DNA of 64,000 bases, taken from NCBI GenBank assembly GCA_018221105.1, contig JAAOYA010000008.1, positions 192,648 through 256,647 on the forward strand. The letters run 5' to 3'. The notes beneath the pieces are model-generated. The model did no database searches, was not told the origin of the DNA, and saw nothing but the letters and a program-made list of their open reading frames with translations. The stretch is from Candidatus Woesearchaeota archaeon. Lineage in GTDB: Archaea > Nanobdellota > Nanobdellia > Woesearchaeales > JAAOYA01. Shown here one piece after another: positions 8,991 to 19,280 of the stretch (its first letter is position 1; every line of letters begins with the position of its first letter). The position numbers and the translations under genes are program-made.

Positions 8991-10012
8991 AAAAGTTTCA
9001 ATAATTCTTTTTTAGAAATATTTGTTTTAATACCATACTCGCTAAACTGTGTTCTTGAAACATTATAGCCTTTTTTTATTAGTTGTCCGGTTAAAATTTC
9101 AAAGTTTGGTATTGGCAGCTTATGTTTTTTTGCTATTTTATGAATGTCAAAAAAACCTATTGTTCCAACTTTTTCTTCTGATTGTAATAATTGTAAAAAT
9201 CTTCTTGTGATTTCATCAGTACATTTTTTTATCATACTATCTAAAAGTTGAACATCATTTAATATTCCATTCCAAAGAGGTCCAGAATCTTCATAATAAT
9301 CGTGTTTTGATAATATTTTGTCGACGTGACTTTTGCCTTTTTGGCACTTGAAAAAAACTCTATAATAATGATCTTTTGAGTAACTAAAAATTGGAATTAA
9401 TGCTTTTTCATATTGTGCCCCTACTAATTGCACTTTGCGAATCAGTATTCTAAGTCCTATTTCATGCTTTAGCTCATTTCGAAGTGGTTTTGCCCAGTAT
9501 TTTCGCATACAAGCTTTAGGATACGTTCCTGCCAAAGAAGAAGTGTCAGTTGCAGTAACTGCTAAAACGCCATTACGTGCCAGTCGGTTAATGCTAGAAT
9601 CTAAAAAAGGATTCGGTGTTCCAAAGGGGTCAACGTCAATATAATCAAAACCTTTACTCTCTAATAATAAAACGTTAGCCTCTTTGTTAACTACTATTAC
9701 TTTAGAATCTTGAATGTTATTTTTTGACAAATTTTTTTTTATTAGTTTAACAGCTTGAGAATTCAAATCATTGATTAAAAGATTTTTTATTGTGTCAACA
9801 GGCAATTCTTTAAGTAATCGAATACTTCTAACACCACTACCCGCTAGTATGTCTGCTACTTGCATGTTTTTTTTATCAAGAGCTTTAAAGAACAGTATTG
9901 TTAAATCACGATTATTTTTCATTACTGGATTATAAAATACTTCAAGTTTTTTTGAAATTTTTGACTCTTTTGACACGAGCACTCTAGCATTGCCTTCTAT
10001 TATTTCTTGCAT
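8987..10012 (-). CDS. trm1: tRNA (guanine-26-N2)-dimethyltransferase
   Basis: VFYNPVMKNNRD, LAGSGVRSIR, DVDPFGTP, TATDT, HEIGLRILI. Confidence 0.94.
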   Translation of the reverse strand: MQEIIEGNARVLVSKESKISKKLEVFYNPVMKNNRDLTILFFKALDKKNMQVADILAGSGVRSIRLLKELPVDTIKNLLINDLNSQAVKLIKKNLSKNNIQDSKVIVVNKEANVLLLESKGFDYIDVDPFGTPNPFLDSSINRLARNGVLAVTATDTSSLAGTYPKACMRKYWAKPLRNELKHEIGLRILIRKVQLVGAQYEKALIPIFSYSKDHYYRVFFKCQKGKSHVDKILSKHDYYEDSGPLWNGILNDVQLLDSMIKKCTDEITRRFLQLLQSEEKVGTIGFFDIHKIAKKHKLPIPNFEILTGQLIKKGYNVSRTQFSEYGIKTNISKKELLKLF

Positions 10013-10088
10013 GAACAATAATGTTTTTTAGGTTTTTTAAAAGGTTTTTTGCCATAAGCTTTTAAAATAACATTTTATTCTCGTTTTT

Positions 10089-11861
10089 ATGCTTCGAAGA
10101 CCAATAGTTACAATTGTAGGACATGTCGATCATGGAAAGACAACATTATTAGATACTATTAGAGAGACAACTGTTGCAAATCGTGAAGCAGGAGCTATAA
10201 CACAAGCAATTGGCGCGTCAATAGTTCCAATACAAACAATCAAAAAGCTTTGTGGAAAATTATTAGACACTTTAAAAACAGATATTAAACTTCCGGGATT
10301 ACTATTTATTGACACTCCAGGACACGCTGCTTTTAGTAATTTGCGAAAGCGTGGCGGAAACCTTGCAGACATTGCAGTTTTAATAGTTGATGTCAATGAG
10401 GGTTTTAAACCACAAACTATTGAAGCTGTTGAAATACTAAAACAGTACAAAACACCTTTTGTTGTTGCCGCTAACAAAGTAGATCTTGTTAGTGGTTGGC
10501 AAAAAAAGACTGGCAATATAATTGAGAGCGTTAACCAGCAAAACCCTCAAACAATACAATTCTTAGACACAAAACTTTATGAGCTAGTTGGAACTTTTCA
10601 CGAACAAGGGTTTGAAGCAGAGCGCTTTGACAGAGTAAAAGATATCACAAAGCAAATTTCTATGGTTCCAGTTTGTGCAAAAAGCGGTGAAGGTATTGCA
10701 GAATTATTAATGCTTATCACTGGGCTTGCACAACGTTTTTTAGAAGAAAAACTTCACTTAGATGCTAAAAAACCAGCAAAGGGCACTATTTTAGAGGTCA
10801 AAGAAGAGCAAGGTCTTGGAACAACACTTGATGTTATAATTTATGAAGGTTCAATAAAAATCAATGATACAATAATAATTGGTGGTGTAGAAGAGCCTAT
10901 TGTCAGCAAAGTTAGGGCTTTAGTAAAGCCAAAGCCATTAGCTGAAATTCGTGATAAAAAATCGCGTTTTACTCCGGTAAAAGAAATCATTGCGGCAACA
11001 GGAGTTAAAATTGCCGCTCCAAACATTGACGGGGCAATTGCTGGAATGCCACTTTGGGTTGCTCCAAACGCACAAGTTGTTGAAACTTCAAAAGCCAGTG
11101 TTCAAAAAGAAGTTGATGAAGTGCTTATCGAGACTGATACTAAAGGCATTATCGTAAAAGCTGATTCATTAGGTTCTCTTGAAGCTTTAATCACATTATT
11201 AAAAGATAAGAATATTGATATTCGTAAAGCTTCTGTTGGCAACATAACAAAAAAAGATTTTATTGATGCTCAAAGTAATTATGAAGATGACCCTTTAATA
11301 GCAGTAATCTTAGGTTTTAATGTTGTGCCAAATTTAGAAGTTGAATCAATGCTATCAGGTGAAAAAGCAGTAGTTCTTACTAATAAGGTTATTTATCGAT
11401 TGATTGAAGATTTTGAATCATGGGCTAAAAAAAAGAGTGAAGCACTTCAAGCAATGCAGCTTGAAGGTTTAGTGCGTCCTTGCAAACTGGAATTCATGCC
11501 AAATTGTACTTTTCGTCAAAGCAATCCTGCAGTTATAGGAGTTGATGTTGTCGCAGGAGTTGTTGTTAATGGTATTAACTTAATAAAAAGTGATGGCAAA
11601 ACTGTTGGAATGGTGAAATCAATGCAGATTCGCAGTGACCCTGTGTCACGTGCGGAGACTGGTGCTCAAATAGCACTCAGTATTGATGGTGTGACTGTTG
11701 GACGACAAGTAAAAGAAGGCGATACATTGTACTCTGCAATTCCAGAAAATGATTTTCGACAATTAAAAAAGCATTCTAAGTTTTTATCAAAGCAAGAAAT
11801 TACATTGCTTAAAGAAATTGCTAGTTTAATGCGTGAAAAGAATCCTGTGTGGGGTGTTTAG
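10089..11861 (+). CDS. infB: translation initiation factor IF-2/aIF5B
   Basis: GHVDHGKTT, EAGAITQAIGA, DTPGH, NKVD, ADSLGSLEA. Confidence 0.97.
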   Translation: MLRRPIVTIVGHVDHGKTTLLDTIRETTVANREAGAITQAIGASIVPIQTIKKLCGKLLDTLKTDIKLPGLLFIDTPGHAAFSNLRKRGGNLADIAVLIVDVNEGFKPQTIEAVEILKQYKTPFVVAANKVDLVSGWQKKTGNIIESVNQQNPQTIQFLDTKLYELVGTFHEQGFEAERFDRVKDITKQISMVPVCAKSGEGIAELLMLITGLAQRFLEEKLHLDAKKPAKGTILEVKEEQGLGTTLDVIIYEGSIKINDTIIIGGVEEPIVSKVRALVKPKPLAEIRDKKSRFTPVKEIIAATGVKIAAPNIDGAIAGMPLWVAPNAQVVETSKASVQKEVDEVLIETDTKGIIVKADSLGSLEALITLLKDKNIDIRKASVGNITKKDFIDAQSNYEDDPLIAVILGFNVVPNLEVESMLSGEKAVVLTNKVIYRLIEDFESWAKKKSEALQAMQLEGLVRPCKLEFMPNCTFRQSNPAVIGVDVVAGVVVNGINLIKSDGKTVGMVKSMQIRSDPVSRAETGAQIALSIDGVTVGRQVKEGDTLYSAIPENDFRQLKKHSKFLSKQEITLLKEIASLMREKNPVWGV

Positions 11862-11862
11862 T

Positions 11863-12312
11863 TTGCGTTTGCAAATACTTAATTCTCGACAAGTAAAAGT
11901 TATTAAAAAAATTTTAACAGACCAATGGAGTTATGATTCAAAACTTAACTTTGTTTTTTTAAAAAGCCAAAAAGATAAATTATATCTTATTAATCGTGAT
12001 ATAGAAAAAATTAATCTTAAAGAGTTTAGAGTTGATAATAATGGATTGTATTTTGGAGAATTACGAAATGATGAGTTAAGACTTTCTATTGAAGGATCAC
12101 AAATTGTTGGTCCTTATGCCAAAAAAAAAATTGTAGAATTAACTCAAGAGCAAATTGTGGACTGGTTTGCTGGCGAGGACATAAAAAAAGATCTTAACAT
12201 GCAAGGTTTTGTGCTTGTAAAACATCGAAAAGATTTTTGTGGTACTACAAAACATAAAGAAGGAATCTTATTGAATTTTATTCCTAAAAGTCGTCGTGCA
12301 AAAATTATCTAG
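11863..12312 (+). CDS. NIP7/RsmF C-terminal-like PUA RNA-binding protein
   Basis: GLYFGE...RLSIEGSQIVG...W..GED...LNFIPKSR; TTG start after GGGGTG. Confidence 0.75.
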   Translation: MRLQILNSRQVKVIKKILTDQWSYDSKLNFVFLKSQKDKLYLINRDIEKINLKEFRVDNNGLYFGELRNDELRLSIEGSQIVGPYAKKKIVELTQEQIVDWFAGEDIKKDLNMQGFVLVKHRKDFCGTTKHKEGILLNFIPKSRRAKII

Positions 12313-12751
12313 TAGCAATACTCCAAAGTGTGTCGCCAACATAATGAATGTTTTTTATTGCTTTTCCAGAACTAGAATTTTTTAATTCTTCACTATTATC
12401 CAGGGCTGTACCAACAGCTAAAGGTTTTTGATTGTTAGCATCAACAATTACTACAAAATCATTTTTGTTAAAAGTTTCAAAACTTGTTATTCCAGGTCGC
12501 ATTATGTCAGCACCACTTATTACAAATTTTACTGCTCCCATGTCAACTATTACTTTTGGCAAAACGATTTGTTCTTGCAAAAAAGTCAGTAGTGGAACGT
12601 ATTGCTCTTCTCGTACAAAAAATAGTGGTTTGTCGTTAACAAATAAAACATTATCTTTTAGTGCTATTCTATCTTTTTTTGAAAAACTAACATTAAAAAT
12701 TTCTAATTGATTGTTTAAATTTTTTATTTCTTTATTACTTAAAAATTTCAT
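12305..12751 (-). CDS. PUA-domain RNA-binding protein (MCT-1/Tma20-like)
   Basis: VDMGAVKFVISGADIMRPGI...HYVGD. Confidence 0.9.
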   Translation of the reverse strand: MKFLSNKEIKNLNNQLEIFNVSFSKKDRIALKDNVLFVNDKPLFFVREEQYVPLLTFLQEQIVLPKVIVDMGAVKFVISGADIMRPGITSFETFNKNDFVVIVDANNQKPLAVGTALDNSEELKNSSSGKAIKNIHYVGDTLWSIATR

Positions 12752-12924
12752 AGTAAGCCTTTTTTTTGCAAACTGTCTTTTTTTGCTATGCGTCGGTATT
12801 TTGCATAAGGGTCTTGTGGAGAATATTTTGGCGGCTTTACCTCTAATGCTTTATCGCCACACTTACATATTTGGTGTAGTGTGTACTCATTGCACTTTTG
12901 ACATTTTAGAATGTGCTTTGCCAT
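12748..12924 (-). CDS. nop10: H/ACA RNP subunit Nop10
   Basis: Below ORF-track cutoff. MAKHILKCQKCNEYTLHQICKCGDKALEVKPPKYSPQDPYAKYRR..., directly downstream of aIF2-alpha. Confidence 0.93.
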   Translation of the reverse strand: MAKHILKCQKCNEYTLHQICKCGDKALEVKPPKYSPQDPYAKYRRIAKKDSLQKKGLL

Positions 12925-12928
12925 TTTT

Positions 12929-13702
12929 TTAGTTTTCCGCGCGAGTAAAGTGTGCAGTACTGTTATGGTCTTTTATGTACTTTTCAATTTTTTCAACACT
13001 TTCTTTTAGTGTTGCTTCTGCTTCTTTATAATCTGGCGCTGTGACTTTAAAGGTGTACTTTCCAGCTCCTTTGTATTGTACTATTGTTTTTTCTGATTCA
13101 ATACTGGAAAGTGCTTTTTTTATTGTTTCAATGCCGTCAGGTTCAAAACTTATGATTTCAAATTCTCCGCCAATGCTAACTTCTGAGCTTTTAATTCTTT
13201 CACGAATTATTTTTTCTAAAGCGCTTGCAATTTTTTTGTCAACTCCTAAACTTTCAAGTTTTAAGTCTTCGTCAACAACGTCTGAGAAAGCATTGCTTAA
13301 ATATTCGTATTCTTTAAAGAGAGCTTTTGTTATTGTTTCATAAAGTTTTTTTACTGGTTGTTTAAGCTCTGTTGCCGTGAACTCTACGATTTTTTCTGCT
13401 GTTTGTTCTTGTTTTATAAGATCGTTTTTTGCTCTTCTTTGGCTTTCACTGACTCTTCTAAGTGATAAGTCAATGTGACCTTTTGCTTTATCAGTGCGCA
13501 GTATTTTACAAACAATTTTTTTTCCTTCTTGTACGTAATCGCGAATGTTGCGAATTCTTCCCGGGCTGACCTCTGAAATATGCAATAGTCCCGAAGTGCC
13601 GTACTCATCAAGGTTTGCGAAAACACTGTGATGATAGATTTTTGTCACAGTACAAAGTACTATTTCTCCTTCTTCAGGAAAACTTGTTCTTTTGTATAAC
13701 AT
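12929..13702 (-). CDS. eif2a: translation initiation factor 2 subunit alpha
   Basis: FPEEGEIVLCTV S1 domain, LHISEVSPGRIRNIRD, KGHIDLSLRRV, APDYKEAE. Confidence 0.96.
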   Translation of the reverse strand: MLYKRTSFPEEGEIVLCTVTKIYHHSVFANLDEYGTSGLLHISEVSPGRIRNIRDYVQEGKKIVCKILRTDKAKGHIDLSLRRVSESQRRAKNDLIKQEQTAEKIVEFTATELKQPVKKLYETITKALFKEYEYLSNAFSDVVDEDLKLESLGVDKKIASALEKIIRERIKSSEVSIGGEFEIISFEPDGIETIKKALSSIESEKTIVQYKGAGKYTFKVTAPDYKEAEATLKESVEKIEKYIKDHNSTAHFTRAEN

Positions 13703-13891
13703 TTATTCTAATACCTCTAATATTCGAGCTTTAACTTTTGATTTTCCACCACTAGGATCTGCTAGTGATTTACTGCAAACAAGGCATTTTACTTGTTTTG
13801 CTGCTTTTCCAAACATTACTTGTTCGTTTTTGCATTTTGGGCATCGTACTTTTATGAATTTGCTAGTTGGGATTTTGCTTAATTTTTTCAT
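13703..13891 (-). CDS. rps27e: 30S ribosomal protein S27e
   Basis: SKFIKVRCPKCKNEQVMFGKA...VKCLVC...PSGGK. Confidence 0.95.
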   Translation of the reverse strand: MKKLSKIPTSKFIKVRCPKCKNEQVMFGKAAKQVKCLVCSKSLADPSGGKSKVKARILEVLE

Positions 13892-13984
13892 ATTGTTTAA
13901 CCTCCGGTTTAATGCTCGAAAAAGGCGTTTTATTTATAAATATTATGTCCAAGACTTTAAAAATAACAAAAAAAACGTTTTTTT

Positions 13985-14623
13985 ATGGAAAAACAAGTTC
14001 AAAACCTAATTTTACAAGTTAGAGCTATGGGAATTAAAGACGAGAAAGTTCTAAAAGTATTAAGAGATGTTAACAGAGAACATTTTGTACCACAAGACTA
14101 TAGTGGTGAGGCTTGGAAAAATTATCCGGTTCACATTGGTAAGGGCCAGACTGTTTCACAACCTTACACTGTTGCTTACATGCTTGAACTATTAGATTTA
14201 AAAAAAGGTTTGAAAGTTTTAGAAGTTGGCGCTGGCAGCGGTTATAATGCAGCATTAATTCATAAGTTAACAGACACTAAAGTTTTTGCTATTGAGCTAT
14301 TATCAGAGCTTGCTAGTCAAGCTGTAAAAAACTTGAAAAAAGAAGATTTAACAAAAAAAGATGTTGAAATTTTTGTTGGTGATGGTTCAAAGGGTTTGCC
14401 AGAATACGCACCTTACGATCGTATTATTGTAACTTGCGCAGCACCAAAAATACCACAACCATTAATTGATCAATTAGTAGATGGCGGAGTCATAGTTTGT
14501 CCTGTTGGAGTTTTCGAGCAAGTTATGATTGTCGGACACAAAAAAAGTGGTAAAATGAGTTATGAAAAAAAAGCTTTTTTTCGTTTTGTGCCATTAAAAG
14601 GAGAATTTGGCTTTAATGATTAA
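13985..14623 (+). CDS. pcm: protein-L-isoaspartate O-methyltransferase
   Basis: GQTVSQP, VLEVGAGSGYNAA, GDGSKG...APYDRIIVT, FVPLKG. Confidence 0.94.
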   Translation: MEKQVQNLILQVRAMGIKDEKVLKVLRDVNREHFVPQDYSGEAWKNYPVHIGKGQTVSQPYTVAYMLELLDLKKGLKVLEVGAGSGYNAALIHKLTDTKVFAIELLSELASQAVKNLKKEDLTKKDVEIFVGDGSKGLPEYAPYDRIIVTCAAPKIPQPLIDQLVDGGVIVCPVGVFEQVMIVGHKKSGKMSYEKKAFFRFVPLKGEFGFND

Positions 14624-14790
14624 ATAATATTTTATAATTTATAAGAAAATTAGTAAACATAATTAAACAAAATTTTATTTCATTTTAATGAGTATTAAAC
14701 AATAATTTTTTTAGTTGAAAATACAAAAAAATAGTTTTTACCAACGGCTTTTAAGAAAATTTATATATTTCAACATAACATAAATAAATA

Positions 14791-15237
14791 ATGAAATACA
14801 AACTAATTTTTTTAACGTTGGTTCTGTTTTGCCTTATTTTATCAGGATGCGTTAGTGGAGATAATTATTATCAAAGAAAAGCTGAACAAAAATTGGCTGA
14901 TACATTAGAAGAATATAATGCCCATATCAATATAGTTAAAGAATATGACGCAGATTGTCTCAAAAATTGGTGTATCAATACATGTATGACTGAAAAAAGT
15001 GATATATCTGATGCTCAAGCAAAATCAGTTAAGTGTAATATGGAATGTAATAAAGTCGAAATGATTGAAATAAACGCGGCAGAATATCCTCAATGCAAGA
15101 AAGACTCTACAACAGTTAATACTCAAGATGAAGATTGCCCAATAGTATATAAATGCAAAAACCCGATAAGAGAAGACAATATTGAAAAGTGTCCAGAATC
15201 AGAATTACAAGAATATAGGGAAAGGTGTATGAGCTAG
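14791..15237 (+). CDS. cysteine-rich putative lipoprotein
   Basis: MKYK plus hydrophobic stretch and LSGC lipobox; 10 further Cys; very AT-rich flanks. Confidence 0.7.
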   Translation: MKYKLIFLTLVLFCLILSGCVSGDNYYQRKAEQKLADTLEEYNAHINIVKEYDADCLKNWCINTCMTEKSDISDAQAKSVKCNMECNKVEMIEINAAEYPQCKKDSTTVNTQDEDCPIVYKCKNPIREDNIEKCPESELQEYRERCMS

Positions 15238-15411
15238 TAAACATTAATTAAATGATAATAAATAAAGATTTTTTTATTCAACAATATAAACTTTCTATAT
15301 TAATGATCCCATCAGGTTTTAATGTTTTTCAGTGAAAAAATAACTACAATTAAGTTCTATAAAATCTATCTTTTAATAACTATTTAGTAGATTGTTAAAT
15401 TTAGTGTTTTA

Positions 15412-16281
15412 TCAGGCTTTTTCTGCACTGCCAAACAATTCTATTTTTTCTTTGACTTTTTCTTTGACAGCATCGCATGCTACTGACAAGTATTTTCTTG
15501 GATCAAAAGTTTTCTTGTCCATTTTATTTAGCGGGTGTTCTTTAAAGTATTGTTTTTCTGCCAGTGTTGCAGCTAGTTGTAGTTCTGTATCAATATTGAT
15601 TTTTGTAATGCCTAACTTTACTGCTTTTTTAATATCATTTGCAGGTATCCCGCTAGCACCATGCAACACAAGTGGCACGTTAATGGTTTGTTGTAGTTCT
15701 TTTAATATTTGAAAATTCAATTTTGGTCTGCCTTTGTAAAACCCGTGAGCATTGCCAATGGCTGGTGCTAAAGTGTCAATGTTTGTTAGTTTTACAAATT
15801 CTTTGGCTTGTGATGGGTCTGTAAAAAAGTGTTTTTCTGATTTTATATTTTCGTCTTCAACTCCTGCAAGAATTCCTAGTTCTCCCTCGCACGAAGCATT
15901 ATTTTTGTGCGCTAATTGTGCTGCTTTTTTTGTAAGCATCACATTTTTTTTAAAAGAGTATTTGCTACCATCCAGCATTATACTGCTATAACCTGCTTTT
16001 AGAACTTTTGATACATTACGATTAGTTTTACCATGGTCTAAGTGCAAACTTATTGGCTGTTTATGCTCTTTGATTGCAACTTGCACTAGAGCAACTATAT
16101 TTTTTAGTCCGGCGTAGGTAATTGCTGACTCTGAAGTTTGCACAATTACTGGAGCGTTAAGCTCTTTTGCACCATTAAGTATCGCTTGTAATGTTTCCAA
16201 GTTTGCAAAATTAAAAGCTCCTACTGAATAACCTTTTTTTTGCGCTTTAGATTGCAATTCAATATTAGTGTAAAGCTTCAT
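15412..16281 (-). CDS. fba: class II fructose-bisphosphate aldolase
   Basis: VGAFN, LHLDHG, GYSSIMLDGS, EGELG, IGNAHG, PLVLHGASG, KINIDT. ATG 16281 preferred over the upstream TTG. Confidence 0.93.
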   Translation of the reverse strand: MKLYTNIELQSKAQKKGYSVGAFNFANLETLQAILNGAKELNAPVIVQTSESAITYAGLKNIVALVQVAIKEHKQPISLHLDHGKTNRNVSKVLKAGYSSIMLDGSKYSFKKNVMLTKKAAQLAHKNNASCEGELGILAGVEDENIKSEKHFFTDPSQAKEFVKLTNIDTLAPAIGNAHGFYKGRPKLNFQILKELQQTINVPLVLHGASGIPANDIKKAVKLGITKINIDTELQLAATLAEKQYFKEHPLNKMDKKTFDPRKYLSVACDAVKEKVKEKIELFGSAEKA

Positions 16282-16385
16282 AAAAAAATAGTTAGTTTGA
16301 AGGTTTTTAAAGGTTTGCTCAAAAGACAAAACAAAGAATAATTTATAAATATAAAACAATACAACAAATAAAACAACACAGGAAA

Positions 16386-19280
16386 ATGTTTGATGAAGAA
16401 AAAGTAAAGCAAGAAATCAAAATTCTTGTTGATAAATATAATAGACTTTCAGATACAGGTAAAATTAAAAACTATAATGAAGAAAGAACTAAAGCCGAAT
16501 TCATAGAACCTTTATTTGAAACTCTTGGCTGGGATGTCAGAAATAAACATAGTGATGATGAAGTTACAAGAGAAGAAAAAGTTTCAAAAGGTAGAGTAGA
16601 TTATGCATTTAGAATTGATGGAATCCCTAAATTTTTTCTTGAAGCCAAAAAACCAAAAGAAGATTTAGACAATCAAAAACATGTAAAACAAGCAATAGAC
16701 TACGCATGGCACAAAGGTTGCACATGGGCTATTCTAACAAACTTTGAAAGCATAAAAATATTTAATGCAGAAGTCAAAAACATCAATCCATTACAATCAC
16801 AATTTGGACAAACATTTTTCTTTTATGATTTTCTTAACAACTTCGACCAAATATGGCTTTTGTTATCAAGAGAAAGTTTCAAAGAAGGATTAATAGATAA
16901 AGAAGCAGAAAAATGGGGCAAAAAAGCAAAAAAAGTACCTGTTGACAAACAGCTTTTAAACGACCTCACAAATTTTAGGGAATTGCTCTCTAAAAACATC
17001 TTAAAAAATAACTCAGCAAAAAACCTCAGCGGCGATGATTTAGATGAAACTGTCCAAAGAATTTTGGACAGACTAATTTTTATTAGAACACTTGAAGATA
17101 AACAATTAGAAGCACCTATTCTTCAAGCACTTATTAGAGAAGACCAACACAAAAGAGTGTATGCTAAATTAAATTCTTTTTTTAGAAGAATTGATGAAGA
17201 ATACAATAGTAAAATATTCGCGCCCCATTTATGTGAAGAAGTAGTAATTGACAATGAAATTTTAGAGAAAATAATTAGAGGTTTATTTAAAACATCCGAC
17301 AACACTGTTCATTATAATTTTGGAGCTATTGATGCCGATGTTCTTGGAAATATGTATGAACAATACTTAGGACATATATTAAAGAAAACTGATAAAAGAG
17401 CAAAACTAACTGAAGGCAAAGCTCACAGAAAAGAACAAGGAATTTATTACACGCCAACATACATTGTTGATTACATTGTAAAAAACACAATCGGCGAGTT
17501 AGCAAAAAATAAGAAATTTGATTTAAGCAAAATCAAAGTTTTAGACCCTGCTTGCGGGTCAGGATCATTTTTAATAAAAACAGTTGATTATTTAATAGCA
17601 CTAGAAAAAAATCGAAACGGTAATGTTGACCAAACAAAGCTTGACTTAACAGGTGCTTCTGCAACTTATGGCAAAAAAATTGAAATATTAAAAAACAATA
17701 TTTTTGGCGTTGACCTAGACCCCAAAGCTGTTGAGATAGCACAATTAAATCTTCTTCTCAAAGCAGCTGAGAAAAAACACAGATTACCAACTTTGCAAGA
17801 AAACATTAAAATCGGTAATAGTTTAATTGATGACGAAGAAATCGTAGGAAACAAAGCTTTCAAATGGGAAGAACAATTCAAAGAAATAATAGAAGAGGGA
17901 GGCTTTGATGTAGTAATAGGAAATCCCCCATACATAAGAATACAAACATTGGACAAAAATCAAGTAGAATATTTTAACAGAAAATATGAATCACCCACAA
18001 AAAATTATGATATATACCTTCTTTTTATTGAGAAAGGATTCAAACTCTTAAAAGAAAACGGGATCTTAGGATTGATTCTGCCTCATAAGTTCTTTCAAGG
18101 CGAGAGTGGTGAAAAGATAAGGAAGTTTATTTCCGAAAGAAAAGCACTTCATCGAATTGTTGATTTTGGTACAAATCAAATTTTTGAGGATGCTGCTACA
18201 TACACATGTCTTTTATTCTTACAAAAAAAGAATAATCGAGAGTTTTATTACAAAGGTTTTAAATTAGGTGATAACTTCAAAAATTTGATAAAAGCAAAAT
18301 ATGAAAAGAAGAGTATCAATATTCTGAAAGATGAAAAGTGGAATTTTAGCAGTCAGAATATCCAAAAAATTCTGAAAAAAATAAAATCATATGAACAAAA
18401 CTTTAGAGACATTACAAAGAAAATTTTTAAGGGATCATCCACAGGTAATGATGATATATTTCTTCTTGATTTAATTAAAAAAAGTAACAATAAATCACTT
18501 GTTTTCTCTAATGCTCTCAATAAAGAAATAGAACTAGAAAATGATGTTCTCCATCCATTTGTCTACGGAAAAGATATACGAAGATATGGTTTAATTAAAA
18601 ACAATAAATTATTATTGTTTCCTTATCTTCAAAATAAAGACAAAACTGAACTAATTCCTCTCTTAGAACTACAAAAATATTATCCTAAAACATTCATGTA
18701 TCTAAACTCATTAAAGGATGAACTACTTAAAAGAAAACTTGAGATAGATAATAAAAATTTTTATAAATATTCTGCTGCAAGAAGTTTATCTGAATACAAT
18801 CAGCCAAAAATAATGATACCTGATATGTTAGTTAGCAATAGGATAAGCATCGATGAGAAAGGAATATTCTACCATGGACCAGCAATCCACAGTATAGTAT
18901 TTAACGATAAAGTTAAGAATCATAGCCAGCATTTCTATTTAGGAATATTAAATTCTTCGCTTTTCTGGTTCTTCATTTCAAATACTAGCACAGCACTAAG
19001 AGGCGATACGTATAGACTTACTCCTGAATTTTTGTCACCATTTTGTTTTCCTAAAATAGATAAAAAAAATGAGGGAATTTATTATAACATTAGCGATTTC
19101 GTTAAACAAATGTTGAAATTTACAAATAACTTATCAGAAATAGATAATAAACAAACGGATGAAAAAGCTCGTCTGGAAAAACAAATCCAAAAAATTGATG
19201 ATGATATTGACCAATCGGTTTACAAGCTTTATGGTATAACAAAAGAAGAACAAGAGATTATTGAAGAGAGTCTAAAATGA
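16386..19280 (+). CDS. type IIG restriction-modification enzyme (REase, N6-adenine MTase and TRD fused; Eco57I-like)
   Basis: N-terminal RVDYAF...FLEAK nuclease, GIYYTP, VLDPACGSGSFL (motif I), VIGNPPY (motif IV), TaqI-C-like TRD, C-terminal ID..VYKLYG.T.EE. Confidence 0.92.
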   Translation: MFDEEKVKQEIKILVDKYNRLSDTGKIKNYNEERTKAEFIEPLFETLGWDVRNKHSDDEVTREEKVSKGRVDYAFRIDGIPKFFLEAKKPKEDLDNQKHVKQAIDYAWHKGCTWAILTNFESIKIFNAEVKNINPLQSQFGQTFFFYDFLNNFDQIWLLLSRESFKEGLIDKEAEKWGKKAKKVPVDKQLLNDLTNFRELLSKNILKNNSAKNLSGDDLDETVQRILDRLIFIRTLEDKQLEAPILQALIREDQHKRVYAKLNSFFRRIDEEYNSKIFAPHLCEEVVIDNEILEKIIRGLFKTSDNTVHYNFGAIDADVLGNMYEQYLGHILKKTDKRAKLTEGKAHRKEQGIYYTPTYIVDYIVKNTIGELAKNKKFDLSKIKVLDPACGSGSFLIKTVDYLIALEKNRNGNVDQTKLDLTGASATYGKKIEILKNNIFGVDLDPKAVEIAQLNLLLKAAEKKHRLPTLQENIKIGNSLIDDEEIVGNKAFKWEEQFKEIIEEGGFDVVIGNPPYIRIQTLDKNQVEYFNRKYESPTKNYDIYLLFIEKGFKLLKENGILGLILPHKFFQGESGEKIRKFISERKALHRIVDFGTNQIFEDAATYTCLLFLQKKNNREFYYKGFKLGDNFKNLIKAKYEKKSINILKDEKWNFSSQNIQKILKKIKSYEQNFRDITKKIFKGSSTGNDDIFLLDLIKKSNNKSLVFSNALNKEIELENDVLHPFVYGKDIRRYGLIKNNKLLLFPYLQNKDKTELIPLLELQKYYPKTFMYLNSLKDELLKRKLEIDNKNFYKYSAARSLSEYNQPKIMIPDMLVSNRISIDEKGIFYHGPAIHSIVFNDKVKNHSQHFYLGILNSSLFWFFISNTSTALRGDTYRLTPEFLSPFCFPKIDKKNEGIYYNISDFVKQMLKFTNNLSEIDNKQTDEKARLEKQIQKIDDDIDQSVYKLYGITKEEQEIIEESLK

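Noticed and set aside
12711..12932. 73 aa + strand ORF
   Set aside because: It is antisense to nop10, which is the real gene.
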